The translations under genes and the position numbers were made by a program. Positions 1-9,364 of a stretch of 54,423 bases of DNA are shown here, one piece after another. The number at the start of each line of letters is the position of its first letter. Within the stretch, counting starts at the first letter, position 1. This DNA comes from Prorocentrum cordatum (Eukaryota), in assembly GCA_963575745.1 (NCBI GenBank), contig CAUYUJ010000241.1, forward strand, positions 62,001-116,423. The letters are read 5' to 3'. The notes beneath the pieces are model-generated. The model had not been told where the DNA came from, did not search any database, and saw only the letters and a program-made list of their open reading frames with translations.

Positions 1-181
1 GTGGCAGTCGTGGTCGGGCACATCTCGCTCAAGGTCTCCGTGGCGGACGAGAGAATATGTTGTTACTTGATCGGCTACGTCGTAGGGCCAGTTCCTGTTT
101 CTGTTCCTCCTCATCCTTCTCCACCTCCTCCTCCTTCCCATCCCCCACTCCTCCTCCTCCTCCTCCTCCTCCTCCTCCTCC

Positions 182-203
182 TCCGTAGCCATTTTGGCTC
201 AAG
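182..203 (+). other. Genomic copy of the dinoflagellate spliced leader (DinoSL) at the 5' end of LINE-A
   Basis: TCCGTAGCCATTTTGGCTCAAG is an exact match to the DCCGTAGCCATTTTGGCTCAAG consensus and directly follows a (CCT)n tract. Confidence 0.97.
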
Positions 204-345
204 GTTGAAACCTGCCCTGGGGCTTCAGCCTTGTCGCAGGCGACAGGGAGGCCCGAACCTTCCGAGGCCAGGACGCCTCTCTCCTTCCTGCCGTGCGCCA
301 CAGCACGCTCCCTGTTTTGGCTACAACGACGCGCGCTGAGCCGCC

Positions 346-1905
346 ATGGGCCCTGCCGCCTGCGACCGCCCGCACCATGTTGTACATCGTCTCGATGGTG
401 GTGAGGATGTTGATACGGAGATTGCTTCCTCTGGTGGCCGTGATTCCTCTGAGGAGCCCCGCCGCTCTGCCTCTCGGAGCGGTGGCAGCCGAGGTGCCCG
501 TCGTGCCGCTCGCACTCGGCCTCCCTCCCACGGCAACGCTGGTCCCGCCCTTGAGCCCTCTCGCCGTGCTCGCCGTGCTGGCCGCGCTCGTGGTGCTGGC
601 GGGGACGTCCCTGTGTCTCCTGGTGTTGCTGCCTCGCATCGGGGCCCCGACCCCGCGGCTCTGGGAGCATCTCGGGGTGCTCAGGCTATGCCCTTGGACG
701 AATGGGACGACACCAAGCGTGCACAAGTGGCTGCAGAACTCGAGATGGCTGCTACCTTCCCGTCGCAGGAGGCGCGGCCCGACCCGAATGCCACCCCGCA
801 GGGCCCTGCTGCTGGGCTCTTCGACCCCTGGGCCGCGGCGGCGGGGGCGGGCGCTGCCCCGCGGGCTCAGGCTGCTGCTTGTGGTGCTCCTGATTGTGGC
901 GAAGAGGAGGAGCATGCCGCCTTCACTCGGGCCTTCTACCATGCCGACATATCCGCGAGGTTCCTGCAGCTGCGCAATGAGTTCGACAATATCGTCACCA
1001 CGGCCATCACCAATTCTGTTCAGCAGTCTAACGCTCCCATCGTTGCCACGCTCGCCACACTTCAGAAGCAGCTCTCCTCGCAGCACACATCCATTGATCA
1101 GCAGGTCATGGCATCGGTACGTCCGCAGTTTGATTCCATGCAGCGCCAGTTTCAGGAGCAGCATGATGCCCTATGCCGTCGTGTCGACTACACTGAGCGG
1201 GACATCGAGGCCCAGGCTGCCAAACTGGCTGAGCTGCAGAAGCAGGTCGAGGAGCTACGCCGCCAGAATGAGTTGGATCGACAACTCCCGTCGCGTCCCC
1301 CTGCCCCTCCTGGTTTCGACCGCGAGATCGATCCGACGCAGGTCATTGTGGTCTCATCCAAGCTCGTCGGTTTGGCTGGCGTCCGTGAAGTGGTCAACTC
1401 CTTCTTGGGCGAGCTCAACTTCTCCGAGGACGACACGTACACGATCCAAGCACTCACGCCGCTCCCCGCCAAAAAGTTTGCCGTGTGCTTCTCTGGGCCG
1501 ATCGGGCTGGCTTCCCGACGTGTGCAAAAGGCCCTCGCTAACCTCAAGTCGGACGGAGCATGGCGGGTCTTTCAGTGCCCAGCTCAAGGTGCTGACCCAG
1601 CCCGTCTTCACTTTGGTCCTGACAAGTCGCCGAAACAAGTTCGTGGTGAGATGCTCCTTCGTAAGGTCCGCTCTTCCCTCATGGAGCTTGACAGTCAGAG
1701 AAAGTGGTTTGTCGATCGGGAGCGGGGTGTTCTTAAGTCTGACTACACCGACATCCTGCGTCTTGTCCCCCGGCCAGGCGATGAACCCCCTGAGCTCTCT
1801 TGGAACGACGTGGGGATCCGCGCCCTCGGCCTGGGCCGCCGTGACCCCCAGGATGCCATTCGGAACATCGCCACCGCGCCGACGGCCACCCAGTGGTGTC
1901 TTTAA
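346..1905 (+). CDS. LINE-A ORF1 (coiled-coil, putative nucleic-acid-binding protein), 519 aa
   Basis: First ATG after the SL, in GCCGCCATGG context. Heptad-like segment QRQFQEQHDALCRRVDYTERDIEAQAAKLAELQKQVEELRRQ. C-terminal part is homologous to the decayed ORF1 at 15230-15687. Confidence 0.82.
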   Translation: MGPAACDRPHHVVHRLDGGEDVDTEIASSGGRDSSEEPRRSASRSGGSRGARRAARTRPPSHGNAGPALEPSRRARRAGRARGAGGDVPVSPGVAASHRGPDPAALGASRGAQAMPLDEWDDTKRAQVAAELEMAATFPSQEARPDPNATPQGPAAGLFDPWAAAAGAGAAPRAQAAACGAPDCGEEEEHAAFTRAFYHADISARFLQLRNEFDNIVTTAITNSVQQSNAPIVATLATLQKQLSSQHTSIDQQVMASVRPQFDSMQRQFQEQHDALCRRVDYTERDIEAQAAKLAELQKQVEELRRQNELDRQLPSRPPAPPGFDREIDPTQVIVVSSKLVGLAGVREVVNSFLGELNFSEDDTYTIQALTPLPAKKFAVCFSGPIGLASRRVQKALANLKSDGAWRVFQCPAQGADPARLHFGPDKSPKQVRGEMLLRKVRSSLMELDSQRKWFVDRERGVLKSDYTDILRLVPRPGDEPPELSWNDVGIRALGLGRRDPQDAIRNIATAPTATQWCL

Positions 1906-4900
1906 CGCCATTACTGATCTATTTGTGCTTCCAGTGGGGCAGGTCGGCGGAGAGATCTCAGCCAGCCTCACATTCATGACTTGGAATGCACACGCTCTTC
2001 TCCAATTTGGTGGGGCGAAGGCCTCGCCCAAGCTATCTTATCTAAGTAAACTGCAACCTGGGCGATCCATCTTGGCTCTCCAAGAAGTGCATGCAGATCG
2101 ATTCGAGCTGAACGACTTTGTGGCAAGGCTTTCTTCCACGGCCATTGTCCACGGCAGCTTTTGTGAAGATGACGACGGCGAGGTTGTCCGCGGCTCTGGG
2201 GGAGTTGCAGTCATTCTTCCTCCTTTCTCATCTTCTTCGGTCAGTAGCTGCGCGGTGCCTCTGATCAGAGGCAGGGTGCTTCGTGTTGATGTGGCGCTTG
2301 GGCAGACACAGCTGGTGATCTTCAACGTTCACAATCACGGCCTGACCAAGGGGGAGGTACAATCTGTCTGTGAGCAGATCGATTGTGCGCTGCGTCGTGC
2401 TGCTGATGACCCACTCTCGTACTTTGTGGTTGTCTTGGGGGATCTCAACTACAGCTACGATTCTTCTCTTATCTTTCACCGACCTACTGGGGTGCAGAGG
2501 CAGCTGACACATGATCATAAAGTACATGCTCCAATCTGGGCGGCGACACTCGGCAAGATGATGGAGATTAACTCGGAGGCTGCGACTCACTTCTGCAAGT
2601 TCACCAACTCCATCAACATCATCGACCGCTTCTTCTGTTCTGCCACAGGCTGGATGATGTGCCAGCTCATGACTGAGGTTAACACTGTGGACACGCCTGA
2701 GCACCTGTGCTCCATGGGCATATCGGATCATGCTGCTCTCTCGATTCGGCTGCGTCTGCGAGGTGCGCGTCCTGCTGCTGAGCGACCCATCCCCAAGCAC
2801 ATATTCACCTCTGTTGAATTCCAGCGCCGACTCCGAGGAATGGTTGCTGATTGTAATGAGGATCTGCTCCGATGGGGTCCACCGGTGGCCACAGAGCACT
2901 ACAAGTACATGATGAAGGAGGCCGCCAGGGAGGCCCGCGACATCCTCTTCTTCTCGGCCCCTGACCTGCCTGGGACGTTACAGCTGGTTGCTCGTGGGAT
3001 AGCACGAGCGGTATGGCGTCAAGACGCTGCCCTTGCCCTCAGGCTCATCGAGACCTCCCAGCACGCCGCCGACGCCCTGGTGGTCGACAGCCAGGTCGTC
3101 TCGCTGCGCCACGCCCCGTCCTTCGAGCAGTGGGCTGCTGGAGTGCATCGGTTGGTCCTCGAAAAAGAGCTTGCTGCTGCTGCTGCCGATCGTGCTCCCT
3201 CAGGCTCCTCATCTGCCTGGCGGCCTCATTCGGCCACGCTCTTGGGAGCTATGGAGAGGAAGGCCTCAATATGGGCCCCGTTTTCGAAGCGCCTGATTCT
3301 GTCCGCGGTCAACACCCCTGAGGGCCCCATATCAGAGGTTCGGGAACGCACTGCGGCCCTGGCGGCCTACTGGACCCCTGTCTTCTCCAAGAAAGAGCCC
3401 CACCCTGTCATGACCCAGATGTACCTCGACAGGTTCCTCACCAAGGCCTCTGGCATCGACCTGCACTGTCCTCTGACCCCAGTGTTTCGTAAGGTTCTCA
3501 GGCGTGCTCGTCACTCTGCTCCTGGTGTCGACGGGCTGCCCTACGCTGCCTGGTCAGCATGTGACTATGGCGCCCAGCACCTGGCCAGAATGTTCGGATG
3601 GCTATGCCAAGGTCAGTCGTTGTTCGCCTCTGCCAGCGTCACCCTCCAGGCGTTCCTCCCCAAAGGTGCTGATGACTCTGATCTGCCGTCTGGGGTTTGT
3701 TCTCGGTCTCCCGATAAGATACGGGTTCTGGGGCTGCGTAACACCGACGTGAAGATTCTGAGCTCGGTCATGAATAGGGTCCTCGAGCCTGTTGTCCAAG
3801 CCGTTGCACCCGCTTCCCAGAGAGGCTTCATTAGAGGACGGAATTTTTGCTATAACGTGCTTGAGCTGGATGTCCACGCTCGACTTGCATCTCAACATCC
3901 CCTTGCTGTGCGTCGTTCCCCTGTCCTTGTCGGGTTCGACTACGGGCAGGCCTTCCCGAGCTTGTCGCAGTCCTTCCTGCTGCAACTATTGGGCTCCCTT
4001 GGGCTCCCTACCGAGATTCTTGCTTTCGTGGGATGGATGTATTTGGCTGTGGAAGGGGTGGTCCAGGATGGGGGATGCTACACGACCATCTTCTGGATCC
4101 GCTCGGGCATCATCCAAGGATGTGGCCTCTCGGGGTCTTTGTACGCTCTCGCCTCCTCCCCCATGCTGGCCGACCTCGAGCGGAGTATCGAGCAGCGTCA
4201 GCTGGGGATATGCCGTGCCTGTGCCGATGATCTAGGTGCTGTTCTGTATGAGCTTGCCTCTCTGCGCATCCTGGTGCGGGTCCTAGGTGTCATGGAAAAG
4301 ATTGCAGGCCTCAAGATTAAGATCAGCAAGTGCACCCTGGTCCCCCTCGTCGGCTGCATGACAGAAGCCCTGAAAACCATGACCCAGACCCAGCTGGCCT
4401 CCATCGCGAGTGGCTGGTCAGGCTTCGCTGTTGAGGGGTGGTTGCTTTATCTTGGGATGATCTTGGGCCCTGATGCGACGGTCGACATGAACTGGAGAGG
4501 CCCGCTCATGAAGGCACGTTCTCGCTCTCGGATGTTGGGGCGTGGGGTTGCGTCAGTCTGTACGAATTGTATCCTGTACCGCACGCGGGTTTACCCTTGT
4601 TTGGCGTATGTAGCCCAATTCCTCCCTATGCCCGAATGGTTCCTGCCCATTGAGCGTGGTGCTATCGCCCAAGTTCTTCGAGCTCCCCTCGGCCTCTTTT
4701 CGAACGAATCGATCCTGGAGCTCCCGGCCTGGGGTGGTCCTCAGATCCCATCGTGGGCTGCCCATACTACTGCTGCTCACCTACGTGCTGCTTTTCACAC
4801 CTTCCAGGGCTTTGAGGAATACTTACGGCTACTGCGACAAACGGCTTCGCTCTGGCACAGAGAAGTGGTGGAAGGGAAGTTTGATGCTATCCCCTTGGCT

Positions 4901-7708
4901 GCTATGGATCGCTCCCGCGTTTATCCAGCTTTCTGGAAATCCCCTGCGTTCGTCGAACACCTTGAGCTGGTCCATGTGAGGTCTCAGGAGCCCCTACTCG
5001 TCGCCGCTCGCTCTGCCATGCGTGAGGAAGCTCAGGTTACGACACGAAGGCCCAAGCTGCAGCGTGCGGCTGCCCGCTCGCTGGGTCAGAACATGTGTGC
5101 GCACAAACCTCTTCAGGCTATGCTGATTCGCCACTTAACCCCGTTGTTCACAGCTTACCTCCCCTTCCTCAACCTGATCCACTGGCCCGCTATTCAGGAG
5201 CTTCTGGCACTGGTTCCGCAAAGTTGGGCGATGGCTGCCTTACGGACTTGGGGGCATGGTTGGTTGACATCTCATAGGATTATCCACCCGAGGGGTAAAC
5301 TACGTTGTCGTTTCGGATGCCCTGGCCCTGATCGGCTGCAACATTATCTACGCTGCCCTAAATTATACCTGGCAGTCAGCAAAGGTCTACAGCGTGCCCT
5401 GCCTCGTCCCCTGGCTCAGCGTCTTGGCCTTACACACCCCCACCCTGACCACTTCGAAGCTCTCTATGTCTATTACCAGGTCTTCAACTATGCTCGGCAA
5501 GGTGCGCTAGTGTCGACTCCTCGTCAGTTGCGTGGCGATGTCGAGGCCGCTGTCCGCACCTCTCGTCTGGCCAGACCCTCAGCCAAGTTAAAACGGTGGG
5601 AACCTCCTCCTGCTGTCCAGACGATCCGCCGAAGGCAGCCTCAGAGGAATGTGCTCACCTCCTCGTCCACCTCCAGTTTGAGTTCTGACGCTGCGGCCCC
5701 CATCCCTAACCTGGTCCCACCCACTCCGTGTATCGACGATGTGAGACATAGCTCTGATGAAGTCGGCCAACCTGCTCCCCACCCAGAGCCGCCTGTGTCC
5801 CTGCCTGCTGGCGCTTTGGCTCAGTGCGAGGCCCTGCCCCCACGGCAGGGCGTCAACGTGCGGACGCCCGTTTCCGCCGCTACCTTGCCGCGACCTGCGG
5901 CATCCATGTTCGCGTGGCCGCTGGCCGCCACAGTGGTGCTCTCCGCGGTCCACGCAACGCCGATAGCTGTCCCAACCACTTGTGAGGCGGATGTTACGCG
6001 GCTTGAACGTGAATATCGTGCGACCATCAGTCGTGTCGAACGCCTTCGTGCTGGTGGGCTCCCTGTTCGAGAGGACCATGCTCTTCCTGAACAGTTGCGA
6101 TGTTTGGGCGATGCCACCACGTCGAAGTCGACGCCGTCACCTGGTTCTCCCTTCCTGTGCCTGGCGGGCCACCCACCTGCTTCCTCTGCGGAGCATGCAC
6201 CACCTGTTGTCTTCGGCGAACGTATTGCATCAAGGGCTACACGCTGGGTCTTGCGCCTGGATGACTCCGAGAGCGGCCGTGCCGACTGGTTGATGTGGTG
6301 CATCCTGTATGTGCGTGCAAAATTTGTTGCGAGGGAATGGGTGGATTCGTCTGGTTGGAGTGGTACGCTTGACGAGCTCGCTCGTCATATCTGCATGGTT
6401 GCCTGGGACACCTCTACCGAAGGGCGCCTCAATATCGTAGATTACTATCGGTGGCTGAATGACCCGAGTAACTCCTTGACGCGACACGGGCTCTGGGAAG
6501 AGATGGTGGATCGACATTTCCAGGCCCTTCGTGAGATCCGCAGAGAGATGAGGCAATACTTGGGACCCGCTGCGCCACACCGTGTTCGGGACTTCCTCGT
6601 GGACAGCAATGGAGACGAGGCCCTGCCCATCGCTGCTGCCAACGGGTCGGTGCACTATTTTGCCCCACTAGTCTCTGCAGTGGATCCTGATGATGGAGAT
6701 GCCGCCAACGGAGATGGAGACGTCGACCCTGCCTCTTTCCTCCTCCAGGTTTCGGTTGCAGGGTGCTCCTCGAGCCCTGCGGCCACTGGCGTTAGAACGC
6801 GGAGGTCGACCGCCTCTGTTGGAAATAACGGCTCTGGAGTAAGTTGCGAGCTTGCGTCTCGAGTTCGGAGGTCGACCGCCTCTGTTTTAAATAAGGGCTC
6901 TGGAGTAAGTTGCGAGCTTGTGTCTCGAGTTCGGAGGTCGACCGCCTCTGTTCTAAATAAGGGCTCTGGAGTAAGTTGCGAGGTCTCGTCTCATGTACGG
7001 TGGCCGACCGCCTCTGATGGAAATGAGGGCTCAGCCTTCGAGAGTTGCGCCGTCTTCGAGAGTTGCGCCGACGTCAAGTGTTGCGCGATCATGGTGAATT
7101 GCCCCGTCTTCGAGAGATGCGCCGTCATCGAGAGTGTCTCCGTCAACGAGAGTTGCGCCGTCTTCGAGGGTTGCACGCCATCATCGAGAGTTGCGCAGTC
7201 TCGGAGAGTTGCGCCGTCGTCACGAGTTTCGCCGACTTGGTCACGGATCGCTTCCCTCTTCGCTACTCTCCCGTGCTCGTCTTCCCCGACCTGGCCGAGT
7301 TCGACGGCTGCTGGCTCATCGATTGTCCCCTGTCCGACGTGGATGGCGGGACCCTCCTCCTCGATTTCGCCTCTGACGAGAATTTCGTCGTCAATGTCAT
7401 GCAGTGCTACTCCAACTTCTCCTATTGGCTTGAGTTCTGGTACAGGAGTTGGGGGCACCCTTAGATTGCCCCACATGTGTGAGTGCCGTCGGAAAAGGCC
7501 CCAGTCGCCCATTTTCCTTATCCGTTCTCTGCGCCTTGCCTCGATCCCCTCCTTCGTCCGCGCTCCCTCCTGCTCTCAGCATCCTCTGAATGTGAATGAT
7601 ATAAATTTGACGGCTATCCGCCGCGCATCGTGTCCTGCAGCTACGGCGGCCTCAGCTACAACAGCTTCGACAGGAGGCGTGCCCATGCTGCCTCAGGCGC
7701 CGTGCTAG
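377..7708 (+). CDS. LINE-A ORF2 polyprotein: AP endonuclease, reverse transcriptase, CCHC-like knuckle, long C-terminal extension (start uncertain: ATG 377 or 1976)
   Basis: APE motifs TWNAH, LQEVH, VLGDLN, IDRFF, SDHAAL. RT motifs SAPGVDG, QRGFIRGR, FDYGQAFPSL, GIIQGCGLSG, CADD, GLKIKISK, YLGM. Zn motif CRFGC-x8-H-x3-C. The frame is open from 293 to 7708. Confidence 0.92.
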   Translation: MLYIVSMVVRMLIRRLLPLVAVIPLRSPAALPLGAVAAEVPVVPLALGLPPTATLVPPLSPLAVLAVLAALVVLAGTSLCLLVLLPRIGAPTPRLWEHLGVLRLCPWTNGTTPSVHKWLQNSRWLLPSRRRRRGPTRMPPRRALLLGSSTPGPRRRGRALPRGLRLLLVVLLIVAKRRSMPPSLGPSTMPTYPRGSCSCAMSSTISSPRPSPILFSSLTLPSLPRSPHFRSSSPRSTHPLISRSWHRYVRSLIPCSASFRSSMMPYAVVSTTLSGTSRPRLPNWLSCRSRSRSYAARMSWIDNSRRVPLPLLVSTARSIRRRSLWSHPSSSVWLASVKWSTPSWASSTSPRTTRTRSKHSRRSPPKSLPCASLGRSGWLPDVCKRPSLTSSRTEHGGSFSAQLKVLTQPVFTLVLTSRRNKFVVRCSFVRSALPSWSLTVRESGLSIGSGVFLSLTTPTSCVLSPGQAMNPLSSLGTTWGSAPSAWAAVTPRMPFGTSPPRRRPPSGVFNAITDLFVLPVGQVGGEISASLTFMTWNAHALLQFGGAKASPKLSYLSKLQPGRSILALQEVHADRFELNDFVARLSSTAIVHGSFCEDDDGEVVRGSGGVAVILPPFSSSSVSSCAVPLIRGRVLRVDVALGQTQLVIFNVHNHGLTKGEVQSVCEQIDCALRRAADDPLSYFVVVLGDLNYSYDSSLIFHRPTGVQRQLTHDHKVHAPIWAATLGKMMEINSEAATHFCKFTNSINIIDRFFCSATGWMMCQLMTEVNTVDTPEHLCSMGISDHAALSIRLRLRGARPAAERPIPKHIFTSVEFQRRLRGMVADCNEDLLRWGPPVATEHYKYMMKEAAREARDILFFSAPDLPGTLQLVARGIARAVWRQDAALALRLIETSQHAADALVVDSQVVSLRHAPSFEQWAAGVHRLVLEKELAAAAADRAPSGSSSAWRPHSATLLGAMERKASIWAPFSKRLILSAVNTPEGPISEVRERTAALAAYWTPVFSKKEPHPVMTQMYLDRFLTKASGIDLHCPLTPVFRKVLRRARHSAPGVDGLPYAAWSACDYGAQHLARMFGWLCQGQSLFASASVTLQAFLPKGADDSDLPSGVCSRSPDKIRVLGLRNTDVKILSSVMNRVLEPVVQAVAPASQRGFIRGRNFCYNVLELDVHARLASQHPLAVRRSPVLVGFDYGQAFPSLSQSFLLQLLGSLGLPTEILAFVGWMYLAVEGVVQDGGCYTTIFWIRSGIIQGCGLSGSLYALASSPMLADLERSIEQRQLGICRACADDLGAVLYELASLRILVRVLGVMEKIAGLKIKISKCTLVPLVGCMTEALKTMTQTQLASIASGWSGFAVEGWLLYLGMILGPDATVDMNWRGPLMKARSRSRMLGRGVASVCTNCILYRTRVYPCLAYVAQFLPMPEWFLPIERGAIAQVLRAPLGLFSNESILELPAWGGPQIPSWAAHTTAAHLRAAFHTFQGFEEYLRLLRQTASLWHREVVEGKFDAIPLAAMDRSRVYPAFWKSPAFVEHLELVHVRSQEPLLVAARSAMREEAQVTTRRPKLQRAAARSLGQNMCAHKPLQAMLIRHLTPLFTAYLPFLNLIHWPAIQELLALVPQSWAMAALRTWGHGWLTSHRIIHPRGKLRCRFGCPGPDRLQHYLRCPKLYLAVSKGLQRALPRPLAQRLGLTHPHPDHFEALYVYYQVFNYARQGALVSTPRQLRGDVEAAVRTSRLARPSAKLKRWEPPPAVQTIRRRQPQRNVLTSSSTSSLSSDAAAPIPNLVPPTPCIDDVRHSSDEVGQPAPHPEPPVSLPAGALAQCEALPPRQGVNVRTPVSAATLPRPAASMFAWPLAATVVLSAVHATPIAVPTTCEADVTRLEREYRATISRVERLRAGGLPVREDHALPEQLRCLGDATTSKSTPSPGSPFLCLAGHPPASSAEHAPPVVFGERIASRATRWVLRLDDSESGRADWLMWCILYVRAKFVAREWVDSSGWSGTLDELARHICMVAWDTSTEGRLNIVDYYRWLNDPSNSLTRHGLWEEMVDRHFQALREIRREMRQYLGPAAPHRVRDFLVDSNGDEALPIAAANGSVHYFAPLVSAVDPDDGDAANGDGDVDPASFLLQVSVAGCSSSPAATGVRTRRSTASVGNNGSGVSCELASRVRRSTASVLNKGSGVSCELVSRVRRSTASVLNKGSGVSCEVSSHVRWPTASDGNEGSAFESCAVFESCADVKCCAIMVNCPVFERCAVIESVSVNESCAVFEGCTPSSRVAQSRRVAPSSRVSPTWSRIASLFATLPCSSSPTWPSSTAAGSSIVPCPTWMAGPSSSISPLTRISSSMSCSATPTSPIGLSSGTGVGGTLRLPHMCECRRKRPQSPIFLIRSLRLASIPSFVRAPSCSQHPLNVNDINLTAIRRASCPAATAASATTASTGGVPMLPQAPC
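6800..7031 (+). repeat. 66-bp in-frame tandem repeat (about 3.5 copies) in the LINE-A ORF2 tail
   Basis: CGGAGGTCGACCGCCTCTGTT...GGCTCTGGAGTAAGTTGCGAG starts at 6800, 6866, 6932 and (degenerate) 6998. Confidence 0.9.
7039..7235 (+). repeat. Degenerate 18-bp tandem repeat (CGAGAGTTGCGCCGTCTT)
   Basis: Repeated GAGAGTTGCGCCGTC units, translating as FESCAV-like repeats. Confidence 0.8.
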
Positions 7709-7919
7709 GCGCAGGGAGCTGACCTCTGGGTACGCTGGTCTCCTCCTCCTCCTCCTCCTCCTCCTCCTCCTCCTCCTCCTCCTCCTCCCGTTCCTCCCCC
7801 TCCTCCTCCTCCTCCTCCTCCTCCTCCTTCTCCTCGCCCCTCCTCCTCCTCTTCCTCCTCCTCCTCCTCCTCCTCCTCCTCGCCCCTCCTTCTCCTCCTC
7901 CTCCTCCCCCTCCTCCTCC

Positions 7920-7941
7920 TCCGAAGCCATTTTGGCTCAAG
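7920..7941 (+). other. DinoSL copy (1 mismatch)
   Basis: TCCGAAGCCATTTTGGCTCAAG, a T>A change at position 5, preceded by (CCT)n. Confidence 0.93.
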
Positions 7942-8482
7942 CGAGCCCGGCGGACGGGAGGCCCCCGCGGCGCGCGCCCGGGGCGGCGCTCGGGCGCGCA
8001 GGCGGCCATCATGGAACCGGAGGGTCGGCGCGCGCGGGCGGCCAGGTCGGCGCGGACCCTGGCCCGTCGCCTGCGGCGCCGGTGGCGTGCGGAGGCGGGG
8101 CCCACCCGGGCGGGGGCGCTGCGACGGCGCACAGGGCTGCTGCGCCGCTCGCTTGTGGCGCATTGGGCCCTTCGCGACAGGATCGGAGCGCGCATCCCTG
8201 CGATGGCTGGAGCTATACGTGCCTACGAGCCTTCTTGGCCTCGACGGTCAGCTGGATTACGCCTACGAGGACCTGCACCTTGGTGGCTGGGCACGTCACG
8301 CGCCTCCCCCTAAGGCTAGGTGAGCGGCCGCGCTGCCCCCGCTGGCAGTCCGCGCCCACGTCTTCGAGGACTTCAGGGGCAAGCTCTGCAGCGAGGGCTA
8401 CACTGGCGAGGCGGAGCAGAAGCCGCTGCGATGCCAGACGTCCAATGAGACGGCGACGGGCGAGCAGTACGAGGAGCTCTTC

Positions 8483-9364
8483 GTGGACCCGAAGCCTGAC
8501 GTCGAGAGGAATAAGAGGGAGGTCGAGATCGTGACGCGCCATGCGGGGACCGTCGAGCGGCCGAAGTCCGACTTCATGCTGCAATCGGTCGCCCAGAGCG
8601 CTGCCCAAGACTGTCAGAAGCTCGTGGAGAAGCCGTCGGCTGAGTCCGACGAGAAGTGCTTCCACATCAACCTGGAGACGAAGGAGTCCGTGGATTCCGC
8701 TGGGAGGAGCACCAACGTGGTTGGCGTCAGCGAGGTTGGCTTCGACGAGACGAAGCACACCGTCAACCAGGTGCTCGACGCGACGCTCTTCACGAAGAAG
8801 GGCGATTCCGCGGAGCTCGCCGCCGAGAAAGACGACAACGTGTCCGTCGATCCGCTCTCCACGAAGAAGTGCGACAGCGAGAAGCAGGTGCTAAAAGTCA
8901 GTGACGACGTGGGCGTCGGCGGCATAGCCAGCAGCGTGGTGCCGTACACCGTCGACCAGGTGATCGGTGAGGGGCTCGCCACGTGCAAGGGCGAGATTGG
9001 CAGCAGGATGCTGGATGACAGAATCGACGAGGTGGTGCAGGATGCGGAGCTGCGCGACGAGGACGTGTTGGTCCTGGACCAGCTCACCCCGAAGCAGCAG
9101 ATGGCGAACCTGGTGATCACCACGGAGAGGAAGTGCTGCGAGATCCTGAGGGCCATGCAGAGCGGTCGTTGCCCGATGTGCTTGGTCAACGAGCTCAGCC
9201 TGCAGAATTGTGGCCTAGTTTCGGGCGCGCAGCTGGACGAGGTCGACCTCTTCTGCGAGATGTGCGAGAACGGCATCGGATTCTCCCCGATGCTCTTGTG
9301 TGGGGGCTGTGGAGGCGCGCTCCACAAGGAGTGCTTCAACGAGCAACTCATCCCCACGGACTGA
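8483..9364 (+). CDS. Acidic protein with a C-terminal Cys/His zinc finger (PHD-like, incomplete); start uncertain
   Basis: 293-aa ORF with coding-like GC3 bias. C-terminus CPMC...CEMC-x11-CGGC-x4-H-x2-C. GTG start, so the true 5' part may be frameshifted. Confidence 0.55.
   Translation: MDPKPDVERNKREVEIVTRHAGTVERPKSDFMLQSVAQSAAQDCQKLVEKPSAESDEKCFHINLETKESVDSAGRSTNVVGVSEVGFDETKHTVNQVLDATLFTKKGDSAELAAEKDDNVSVDPLSTKKCDSEKQVLKVSDDVGVGGIASSVVPYTVDQVIGEGLATCKGEIGSRMLDDRIDEVVQDAELRDEDVLVLDQLTPKQQMANLVITTERKCCEILRAMQSGRCPMCLVNELSLQNCGLVSGAQLDEVDLFCEMCENGIGFSPMLLCGGCGGALHKECFNEQLIPTD

Larger units (their letters stand above)
182..7740 (+). mobile_element. LINE-A: intact full-length non-LTR retrotransposon (ORF1 + APE-RT ORF2), SL-headed, inserted in (CCT)n
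   Basis: SL at the 5' end, uninterrupted ORF1 and ORF2, (CCT)n on both flanks (about 150-183 and 7741-7920), no poly(A). Confidence 0.93.

Noticed and set aside
182..260. SL followed by GT (AAG|GTTGAAA) as a possible SL RNA gene, or a LINE inserted into an SL RNA gene
   Set aside because: There is no downstream T-tract or tandem SL/5S array context, the sequence runs straight into the LINE 5' UTR, the other two SL copies lack GT, and no SL intron follows the element 3' ends.
199..1164. Antisense ORFs over the LINEs (for example 199-1164 and 28694-29389)
   Set aside because: These are expected shadow ORFs of GC-rich coding sequence and have no recognisable motifs.
6800..7235. Regularly spaced repeats as a CRISPR array (also the 53-bp and 83-bp arrays)
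   Set aside because: The units are head-to-tail with no unique spacers, there are no cas genes, and the context is eukaryotic.
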